NCBI GenBank assembly: GCA_963772455.1
Contig: CAVYXJ010000015.1
Coordinates: forward strand, 1-17,946
Source of the DNA: Candidatus Bathyarchaeota archaeon
GTDB lineage: Archaea; Thermoproteota; Bathyarchaeia; Bathyarchaeales; Bathycorpusculaceae
DNA length: 17,946 nucleotides
Direction: 5' to 3'
Numbering within the stretch: the stretch's first letter is position 1; every line of letters starts with the position of its first letter. The notes beneath the pieces are model-generated. The model did not search any database. It saw only the letters and a program-made list of their open reading frames with translations, and had not been told where the DNA came from. Positions 1 through 7,748 of the stretch are shown in pieces. A program made the translations under genes and the position numbers.

Positions 1-9
1 ACCAATAAG

Positions 10-420
10 TTATGTTTTTAGAAAAATCACATTGTCCAAGCGGCGAAAATGTTCGTCTCCAGTTACTACTGTTCCTTTCAAACTTCTGGCAGTGCAAAGA
101 ACTATTGAATCTGCCAACCCCCAGCCTTTTGCTTCGAGTTTCATTTCCTCACTAATTTCGCCTGCTTCGATTGCGATTTCAAAATCTAAATCCATTATCC
201 TGCTTGTTGCCCGTATAAATTCTAATCTTCTTATTCGTCCTTCTCGTGTTTCATTTCCCAACTCAATATCTTTTCTTAATTTCCGACTGATTTCGGAAAC
301 TACAATCGTAGGTGTGATTGAATAATCACTTTCAATATATCCCTTTGCAGTCTTGCCCATTTCGGAAGCTTTGAAATATTCGATCCATGCATATGTGTCT
401 ATTATGTAGTTAGAACTCAT
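10..420 (-). CDS. vapC: PIN-domain ribonuclease toxin (VapC family), 136 aa
   Basis: PIN motifs YIIDTYAWIEY, VVSEI, LADSIV and VVTGDEHF. The start is placed at the ATG at 420 (MSSNY), which overlaps the upstream antitoxin end, rather than at the ORF-track start of 474. Confidence 0.9.
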   Translation of the reverse strand: MSSNYIIDTYAWIEYFKASEMGKTAKGYIESDYSITPTIVVSEISRKLRKDIELGNETREGRIRRLEFIRATSRIMDLDFEIAIEAGEISEEMKLEAKGWGLADSIVLCTARSLKGTVVTGDEHFRRLDNVIFLKT

Positions 421-610
421 GAAATTCAACTCGGTCTTTTTCAGTAAACGACGTGAGTTTAGGGTTTGAGCCAAACATAGAACAAGGAATCTTTTTTTGT
501 TCGATGAGTAACTTCTTTATTACTTCGTCATGGCTTTTTGCGTTCATTTCCTTTTTAGCTTTGTTTAGCATTTGAAGAGTTTTCTCGTTTACTTGAACTG
601 TTGTCGGCAT
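410..610 (-). CDS. vapB: VapB-type antitoxin (RHH-like N-terminus), 66 aa
   Basis: MPTTVQVNEKTLQMLNKAKKEMNAKSHDEVIKKLL fits a ribbon-helix-helix-like archaeal antitoxin, followed by an SMFG motif. It overlaps the PIN gene by 11 nt. Confidence 0.85.
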   Translation of the reverse strand: MPTTVQVNEKTLQMLNKAKKEMNAKSHDEVIKKLLIEQKKIPCSMFGSNPKLTSFTEKDRVEFHEF

Positions 611-621
611 AATGGCTTCCC

Positions 622-659
622 ATCTAATATATAGTTATAGTTATAGATTTAAAAGTTTC
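622..659 (-). promoter_or_regulatory. Putative BRE/TATA promoter and operator of the vapBC pair
   Basis: The minus strand reads GAAACTTTTAAAT followed by CTATAA-CTATAA-CTATA (+ strand TATAGT x2, TATAGA at 630-647), with an ATCTA...TAGAT inverted repeat, just upstream of the ATG at 610. Confidence 0.55.
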
Positions 660-773
660 GAGTAATGCTTTTTCTCTTAAAATAATTTCATTATCTTAGA
701 TTATGGAGGAGAACTTACGATCCTCTAAGGCAAGTTTTAATGTTTTCAAATCCCTTGCACAAGTTCAGGACCG

Positions 774-1016
774 CCCACAATAGTTTGCCGATGATTCTAA
801 GGCTTAAGTAAAATGGTCAAAGAAATCAAGGTCCAACTTAAACCCCACATCTACCCACACCACACCCACACTATTCAACATGACCGTCATGTTGACTGTG
901 TGGAGCAATCTCTGTTCCCACACTTAAACAGCAGTTAAAAAACAGCCCAAACCAAAAAAGCAAACAAAACCAAAGCCCACAGTGTGGTGTGCAATTGTAT
1001 AGCTACACACCCACAC
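774..1016. repeat. Intergenic cluster of CCCACA direct repeats with perfect palindromes
   Basis: CCCACA occurs at 774, 844, 854, 865, 917, 976 and 1010. CACACCCACAC occurs at 861-871 and 1006-1016. Palindromes are TCAACATGAC-C-GTCATGTTGA (875-895) and CCACA-G-TGTGG (977-987). Confidence 0.8.
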
Positions 1017-1162
1017 AAAGAACAAAAAATGACCATTCGTTAACAAATTCTCTTAAAAAAATGAGTCAGGAAGGGTACAAACCCCACTTTGTTGTCGTCT
1101 TGTTACAATCACATATACTTAAGAAAGCTGGCAACCGCTAATAGATTGTTTAGGTGTAAGTC

Positions 1163-1351
1163 ATGCGCAAAAAAGAACATCGTCACACGGACACATTGGG
1201 TGCCGCGTCATCTCAAGATATACCAGTAAGAGGAGTAGAACCAAGTCAAATTCCTTGTCCAGTTTGCGGGAGACTCTTTAAGACCCATTCGGAAATGGAT
1301 AGGCATAGAGATACAACTCACCACGAAACAAAAGGACACGAGGAAGAATAA
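1163..1351 (+). CDS. Small C2H2-type zinc-finger protein, 62 aa
   Basis: CPVCGRLFKTHSEMDRHRDTTH matches C-x2-C-x3-F-x8-H-x4-H. AGGTG ribosome-binding site lies upstream of the ATG. Confidence 0.8.
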   Translation: MRKKEHRHTDTLGAASSQDIPVRGVEPSQIPCPVCGRLFKTHSEMDRHRDTTHHETKGHEEE

Positions 1352-1542
1352 CTATTCAGTTCAAGCCCAAAAGAATCTGCCCAAACGATTCGTATTATTC
1401 AGAGTAAAAAAAATTGCCATTGGGCAAAATTTGTGTCGTTAATGGTTGTTAGATAACATTCACAAACTCTTATTTTCACTTCTTTTCAAAGAATTTCTTG
1501 GCTCAATAAAACATTAAATTATTTGCGAGTTTGTGGTCCTAG

Positions 1543-2959
1543 TTAACGATTAAACCTTTGCGGAGGCAAACGGAGAACAAAGGTTGTTCCTTTTCCTTCA
1601 TCGCTTTCAAAAGTAACCATTCCACCTAATGATTCAGTCATGCGTTTTACGACGGGTAATCCAAAGCCTTGACCTTTAGATTTTGTAGTGAACATTACTG
1701 TGAACATCTTGCTTTGGACATCTTTTGGAATGCCAACTCCTGTATCCTTAACAGATATGACAGTGTCGTCTGCTTCTTTTTGTGCTTGTATAGTAAGCTT
1801 GCCACCGTTTGGCATTGCTTGTATAGCGTTGGTTACCAAATTGTACATTATTCGATTTATGTAATAAGAGTCAGCATTTATCTTCCTAGCGGCATCGTCC
1901 ACCTTGACGTTGACTTTGATATTCTTTGGCAAGCCATTTTTAGTAAACATTTTTTCAAAAATCAGTTTAAGATCGCTTTCTTCAGCCTTGGGATTTAGAG
2001 GTCTTGAATAGTCTTGAAGATCTTGAACTATTTTGTTTATGTACTCTGTGTTTTTTTCTATTTCTTCTATACTCTCGATAGCATTCTTCTTCTCTTCGCT
2101 GTCCGGAATAGCGGATAACTCAGTTTTAGCTAAATATGCGTCACTAGTTATGGCCTGCAGTGGGTTGCGGATGTCATGTCCAACCATTCCTGCAGTGGCA
2201 CCAATCGCAGCTAATCTTTCTGAATCCTTCAACTTACCGTTAGCAGTCTTAAGGTTAGCAGTCATCTGGTTAAAAGAACGGGATAATTCCCCAATTTCAT
2301 CTTTCCTATTATTTTCAATCTTATAGTTAAGGTCCCCCGAACCTATGACAGCAGTGCCGGCTTGAAGGTCAGATATTGATTTAAGTGTACGCCCAAAAAT
2401 TTGGATATAGGTTGCGACAAGAAATAAACTAAAAATTCCAATTATTCCCAAAATTAATCCGTAATTTATTGAGTTAAGTTGATCTACTTGTATACTAAGC
2501 AATTGAGATAATCTTGTCGAGTCCGCGACAACAGTTTGGCTTTGAATAGACATACGACTCCATGATATTTGAAGTGCCGAAACGGTTTCATGTGAGCTTT
2601 GATTTTGAGCAATAGAAACTATGCTGTCAAATACTGTTTTCATTCGTTGCTCATTAGCCTTAATATTAATTACAAGCGATTGCTGTTCTGAATTATCGAC
2701 GCTTAGGTTTTCAACGTCGTTAGAGAATGAAATGTACCTTGTTTGCCATTGAGTCAAGCTGCTGGTTTCCACGGTAAATTACGTAGTCGCTTGAAAGGTA
2801 GCTTAAATCGTTGGCGCCTTGTGAAATGCGGTCGGCAAGATTTTCCTGTGTTCGGGTTTTACTTACCTGCCCAGAAGTAATTACAAGTGAGGAAGTAATA
2901 ACTATTAAAAATAGGCTAAAGATTATCAGAGTAATAATGAATTGGGTTCTGATTCGCAT
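1543..2959 (-). CDS. Membrane sensor histidine kinase (TM-sensor-TM-HAMP-HisKA-HATPase), split by a one-base frameshift near 2756
   Basis: H-box GHDIRNPL, N-box NLVTNAIQAM, DTGVGI, FTTK and GQGFGL are present, as is HAMP ...KDEIGELSRSFNQM. ORF 2720..2959 supplies the first TM helix. Removing one base joins GNQQL to TQWQTRY, giving 471 aa. Confidence 0.85.
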
Positions 2960-2968
2960 AATATTTGC

Positions 2969-3991
2969 CTACTTGAATATATTTACCGAGTTAGGCTTAA
3001 CTGCAAATAGACCGTCGAGGTAAATGTAATTCAAAAAGTTGGGCAGAACTGTGGAGTTGGTTAAGTTGTTATTTATCAACCATTGCGATTCATCTTGCAT
3101 AGCTAGAAGCATCGATTGGTCAAGTGAAAGAGAGAATTGGTTCTGACTCCATACTTTATCTGTATAAGCATCACTCAGGTTTAGCTGGTTTTTTACAATT
3201 GTTTTTGTCTCAGATATGTGTTTTAACGCAAAATCTTCAGCTTGTAAGAGAGACCTGAGAAATCGAACGACTATTTCAGGATGATTCGTTATCCAATTAT
3301 CGGTGGCAATAGCCTGAGCGTATAGAGGTTGGCTACTCTGAATTGACCAAACTATCGCGTTATTACCCAAACTATCCTTTGCAGATTCTGCATACGGCTG
3401 GGCAGTCGCAACCGCGTCTATAGATCCATCTACTACTGCATTTACCCATTCTATGGGCGTCTTAAGATCGATGAGTTTCACATCTTTAAGACTCATTCCA
3501 TTTAATTCAAGAAACCTGCCCAAATAGAAATGCGCTATAGTTCCAAAAGTAGTCCCAATCGTTTTCCCCTTCAAATCTGAAACTTCACTAATTCCCCGAT
3601 CTTGTCGCCCTACGATATATATGAATTCAGATTTTGCAATAGTGCTAATTGAACGAATTTGGACCCCATTAAGCGCATTTATAGTCAATGGAAACTCTGA
3701 GGTTCCCACAACGAGGTCATCCACACCATTCAACACTCCGCCTAATGCGCCTGATCCAGTACTATACTTATGGGAAGTTACGTTAAGACCGTTTTGACTG
3801 AAGAAATTTTGGTTTTCAGCAACCCAAAAAAGTGTCAGTGATTCAAATGGTGAATAAGCCACGTTAATTGTTTCCATTTTTCCCGCATATGGCTTTTGAG
3901 AATTAAGGTAAATAAATGAACTTAAAACAATGGCAATAATCAAGAAAATAACGGCTAGAACAATGAGAACTCGTTTCTTTTGCAATGCCAT
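2969..3991 (-). CDS. NitT/TauT (SsuA/NMT1-THI5-like) substrate-binding protein with N-terminal membrane anchor
   Basis: Motifs VAENQNFFSQNGLNV, DLKGKTIGTTFGT, GSIDAVATAQPY and HPEIVVRFLRSL. The likely start is the ATG at 3991 (MALQKK), preceded by GAGGGGG. Confidence 0.88.
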   Translation of the reverse strand: MALQKKRVLIVLAVIFLIIAIVLSSFIYLNSQKPYAGKMETINVAYSPFESLTLFWVAENQNFFSQNGLNVTSHKYSTGSGALGGVLNGVDDLVVGTSEFPLTINALNGVQIRSISTIAKSEFIYIVGRQDRGISEVSDLKGKTIGTTFGTIAHFYLGRFLELNGMSLKDVKLIDLKTPIEWVNAVVDGSIDAVATAQPYAESAKDSLGNNAIVWSIQSSQPLYAQAIATDNWITNHPEIVVRFLRSLLQAEDFALKHISETKTIVKNQLNLSDAYTDKVWSQNQFSLSLDQSMLLAMQDESQWLINNNLTNSTVLPNFLNYIYLDGLFAVKPNSVNIFK

Positions 3992-4205
3992 GTTACTTTC
4001 CCCCTCAGAAGACAAAACTTTACATCAATTTGAAAGATGTGGGCTTATATAACTATCGAAACTAACCACAAACTTGCTTACTTCATATTTTGATGAGATT
4101 AAGAATTTGGTTAATGTCGATCCTTTTTTCCATCAGCACCAACTAAAAAAAGTAAAGCATGATTTTAAGATACTAATAAGTCAGAATTAACTCTCCATAT
4201 ATTAG

Positions 4206-5489
4206 GTGTCAATGTTGGTTGTTGAAAAAGCTATGCATTTTTATTCTTGTCAATTGGCGACATCTAAATCTGTACAACAGCACAAACTCCGTAAGCGCAT
4301 AGCTTGGTTGTCAAATAAAGAGGGAAAAGGTAGAGAGTTCATCTCACTTTTCATACCTCCAAAGACTCGAATAGATGGGGTAATTGCCAACCTGAAGAAG
4401 GAATCTGATTTAACCATCAGAGAATCTGAGAGTGTTAAAGAACGCTTACAAAGTGCCTTTAAAGCTGTAATCCTTAATCTAAAACAGATTAAGGAAATTC
4501 CGGAAAACGGGTTAGCTCTATTTGCAGGATTTTTTCCAGTTAACGAATCTGAAAAAGAAGTCTTAAGCCTGGAAGAGATAGTTCCACCTGAACCGTTTAA
4601 CACCTATTTTTACTCAATTGGTGACCATTTTGACTTAATGCCACTTAGAGAAATCCTAAGAGACCAAAAAAACGTTGGAATACTCGCTTTAGATTCTAAA
4701 CAGGCTAGTTTTGGATTATTAAATGATGAACACATTGAAGTCTTAGAGAATATTTCTTCTGGAATTTCCGGAAAATCTGGAAAAGGCGGGTCGAGCCAAA
4801 GAAGATATGAAAGAGAACGCGACTCCTCAGTCGTAAACTTTTTTCACAGAATTGCGGAGCATGCAAACAAACAATTTATCAAGAAAAAAGTTAACATTTT
4901 GATAATAGGGGGACCTGGTCAAACTAAGAATGATTTTTTGAAGGGTGAATATCTTCATTATGAACTGAATAATATGCTTCTAAACATAGTTGACACTCAA
5001 TCCGCTGGCAAAGAAGCGCTAAAAGAGATTCTAAATAAATCATCAGAACTTCTTAAGAATATGTGTGGACCTGAAGAGAAAAGAATCGTTCAGAATCTAA
5101 TGATAGAACTGAATAAACAAAGTGGTTTAGCTACTTATGGCTTAGATTCAGTATTAGAAGCGCTTAGAAATGGTGAAGTGCAAATTGCTATAGTGACAGA
5201 TAGCACCGATATGGTTCTAAATGTTGCTGTATGCAAAAAATGTGGATTTTCAAAAACAAAGATCGCAAATAAAAAAACCCATGCCATAAAGGAAATGATT
5301 GAGAGGCCCTGTGAAAAATGCAATGGGGTTTCATATGAGGTTGGAGAAAAAGACATTGTTGATGTTTTAGAAGATATAGCTTCTAAAACTGATGCAAGCG
5401 TTGAGGTAATTTCATCCATTTCTGATGAAAAAGCATCACTCACAGCGCTGGGTGGCTTTGCAGCTCTTTTAAGATACAAATCAGGATAA
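4206..5489 (+). CDS. Divergent paralog of archaeal peptide chain release factor aRF1 (eRF1 domains 1-3 plus zinc ribbon), with GGS in place of GGQ
   Basis: EFISLFIPP, PENGLALFAG, VPPEP, GKSGKGGSSQRRYERER, LIIGGPGQTKNDF, LATYGLDSVLEAL, CKKC...CEKC and LGGFAALLRY. The start is uncertain (4206, 4233 or TTG 4254). Confidence 0.9.
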   Translation: MSMLVVEKAMHFYSCQLATSKSVQQHKLRKRIAWLSNKEGKGREFISLFIPPKTRIDGVIANLKKESDLTIRESESVKERLQSAFKAVILNLKQIKEIPENGLALFAGFFPVNESEKEVLSLEEIVPPEPFNTYFYSIGDHFDLMPLREILRDQKNVGILALDSKQASFGLLNDEHIEVLENISSGISGKSGKGGSSQRRYERERDSSVVNFFHRIAEHANKQFIKKKVNILIIGGPGQTKNDFLKGEYLHYELNNMLLNIVDTQSAGKEALKEILNKSSELLKNMCGPEEKRIVQNLMIELNKQSGLATYGLDSVLEALRNGEVQIAIVTDSTDMVLNVAVCKKCGFSKTKIANKKTHAIKEMIERPCEKCNGVSYEVGEKDIVDVLEDIASKTDASVEVISSISDEKASLTALGGFAALLRYKSG

Positions 5490-5788
5490 ACACCTTTTTT
5501 CAACAATTAAATTCAACAGATATAATTTTCAAAAGTTTTGAATCGTAAAAATATCTTTGTAAAAACTAAAAAACATAAGTTGCCATTCCGTTTTCAAAGC
5601 CGATGATTTTCTAATAACAATTGTTTCTTGAACTGCTTTGAATACTTGCATGATTTCATGCTTGTTTCAACCTATAATTTTAAATGAGATGAAATCATTC
5701 TTTTTGATAAAAAATTTACTTTCAAATCGTCAAAAAACTGCAACTCTTGACACGGAGATCAGAACGCTGAATGAAAGGAAAAGCCCGC

Positions 5789-6487
5789 ATGAATGATGAA
5801 GTAAAATTATTCTCAATAGGGGTAATGATCTTTATCCTTTTATTGGGACTTGCAGCTTATTTTTCTACAGAAGGCGTATCAGCTAAACAGATTCGCGTAG
5901 CTTGCGTGGGCGATAGTATTACTGAGGGAAGCGGTTATCCCTTCCAATTACATTTGATGCTTGGTTCAAACTACGTAGTTGGCAATTTTGGGGTAAGCGG
6001 ATCCACTGTTTCACTTGATTCTACGAAACCTTACATGAATGAAAGCAAATTCAAAGCAGCTTTGGATTTTAACCCTGACATTGTTGTAATTATGTTAGGA
6101 ACTAATGATGCAAACACAGAAGTCACTCCAAATGAAAATGACGTTGATACTGATTATTCAAAACTGGTTTCGGCATTCCAACAACTTGAAGGTAAACAAC
6201 TAATTTGGATCGCAAAGTCACCGCCGATCTTTCCCAACAATTCAAATTACAGCAACACAATTCTCACCACGAATATACTTCCACAAATTGACAATTTAGC
6301 TGATGAAATGAATTTACCTACAGTTGATATGTACAATATTCTCAGCGACCACTCGGAATATTTTGCTGACGGCATACATCCAACTCGTGATGGCGCCGCT
6401 TTGATTGCCACTAATGTTTACAATGCAATAACTTTGCCCGATGGGTCACCAGATATGTCTTTCTTTGATTCTGGTTACTCTGATTGA
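5789..6487 (+). CDS. Membrane-anchored SGNH/GDSL hydrolase (acetylesterase-like)
   Basis: Blocks GDSITEG, NFGVSG, MLGTND and DGIHP are present, with an N-terminal hydrophobic helix. The start could alternatively be 5771. Confidence 0.9.
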   Translation: MNDEVKLFSIGVMIFILLLGLAAYFSTEGVSAKQIRVACVGDSITEGSGYPFQLHLMLGSNYVVGNFGVSGSTVSLDSTKPYMNESKFKAALDFNPDIVVIMLGTNDANTEVTPNENDVDTDYSKLVSAFQQLEGKQLIWIAKSPPIFPNNSNYSNTILTTNILPQIDNLADEMNLPTVDMYNILSDHSEYFADGIHPTRDGAALIATNVYNAITLPDGSPDMSFFDSGYSD

Positions 6488-6544
6488 TATTGGTTGGAAA
6501 TTACTCTCTATTGCGGATATTACGCAAACTGTTTATAGTAAATC

Positions 6545-7645
6545 GTGAGTAAAGAAAGATACAGGTTATTGGGATCCAAAGTGAACCTGAAGAATGAAGA
6601 ATTAGTTCTTCCTGTAGATCTCATCCGTACTGTGGCCATAATTTTAGTTATCTTGCTTCATGCCTCAACACAGTCTTACTCGGAGGTTGATTTGATGTCG
6701 CCACAAGGAGTACAAATCTGGTGGGCATCAAATATCTATGATTCTCTAGCTCGAGTATGCATCCCTTTGTTTGTGATGTTGGCAGGTGCACTTTTGCTTC
6801 AACCCAGCAAAGTAGATGAACCACTAAAAATCTTCTTCAAAAAAAGGCTATATCGAATCGGACTGCCTTTCATCTTTTGGGGGGCAATATATTTTGCTTG
6901 GCGATTCTTCGTAAATGGCGAAGCATTAACACCTGACTCTTTTATTCAAGGACTGTTAAATGGACCTTACTATCAATTTTGGTTTCTCTACCTAATAATA
7001 GGATTATATCTCGTGACACCAATCCTGCGAGTACTAATAAAACATGCAGACCAAAAAATAATCAAATACTTAATTTCCATTTGGTTTTTAGGCACAGCTA
7101 TAATTCCAATATTAACATTGTTCGGATCTTTCAATTTGAATGCCAATGTCTTCCTTTTGACAGGATGGTTAGGCTATTTTGTTTTAGGCGCATACCTAAT
7201 AAAGGTACATTTGAGATCTTCAATTCTAATCACCGTTTTTGCAGCCGCTTTTCTCTGGACAATAATTGGCACGTACCTAATAATTGGCAATTTAGGTGAA
7301 ATATTTAATCAGTTTTTCTTATCAGGTTACAGCTTCAACATCATACTGGGTTCAACTGCATTATTCTTGCTCATGGCTTCTATCCCAGCCCCTAAAATAG
7401 AAAAAAGATTTCCAAATGGCAATCGAGTACTTAGGGTAATAAGTCAAAACACTTTGCCGATATTTCTATTCCATCCAATTGTACTGGAAACCTTACAGAA
7501 AGGTTACTTAGGATTTGCCATAAATATAACATCAATTAACCCAATTATAGAAATCCCACTTATCACTGCCCTCACTCTGCTCATCTGCCTCGCAATAATT
7601 GTTCCTTTAAAGAAAATACCTTATGTAAAAAGAATCATTGGTTGA
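6545..7645 (+). CDS. Acyltransferase family 3 (OafA/WecH-like) integral membrane O-acyltransferase
   Basis: DLIRTVAIILVILLH, CIPLFVMLAGALL, FFKKRLYRIGLPF, QFWFLY and IFLFHPI, with about 10 hydrophobic helices. The start could be GTG 6581. Confidence 0.9.
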   Translation: MSKERYRLLGSKVNLKNEELVLPVDLIRTVAIILVILLHASTQSYSEVDLMSPQGVQIWWASNIYDSLARVCIPLFVMLAGALLLQPSKVDEPLKIFFKKRLYRIGLPFIFWGAIYFAWRFFVNGEALTPDSFIQGLLNGPYYQFWFLYLIIGLYLVTPILRVLIKHADQKIIKYLISIWFLGTAIIPILTLFGSFNLNANVFLLTGWLGYFVLGAYLIKVHLRSSILITVFAAAFLWTIIGTYLIIGNLGEIFNQFFLSGYSFNIILGSTALFLLMASIPAPKIEKRFPNGNRVLRVISQNTLPIFLFHPIVLETLQKGYLGFAINITSINPIIEIPLITALTLLICLAIIVPLKKIPYVKRIIG

Positions 7646-7748
7646 AATAAAAAATTTTCAAGTAAAGTTCTACAATAAATTTCTGTTACTTTTCTAGCAA
7701 ACTATTTCTTGAACAAAGAGGGGCTAATCTAAGGAAAAAAGCTGTACC

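Noticed and set aside
421-474. ORF-track N-terminal extension of the PIN toxin (MAQTLNSRR...)
   Set aside because: It lies inside the antitoxin gene in another frame, and the PIN fold begins right after the ATG at 420.
813-938. 41-aa His-rich ORF MVKEIKVQLKPHIYPHHTHTIQHDRHVDCVEQSLFPHLNSS
   Set aside because: The His codons are largely explained by the CAC repeats, there is no clear ribosome-binding site, and no family is recognised. Not called, though not excluded.
844-1016. Possible CRISPR array
   Set aside because: Repeats are only 6-11 bp and irregularly spaced, and no cas genes are present.
4206-5489. Calling this gene canonical prf1/aRF1 or pelota
   Set aside because: It lacks GGQ, NIKS and YxCxxxF, so it is not canonical aRF1. 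Its N-domain is aRF1-like rather than pelota's Sm-like domain.
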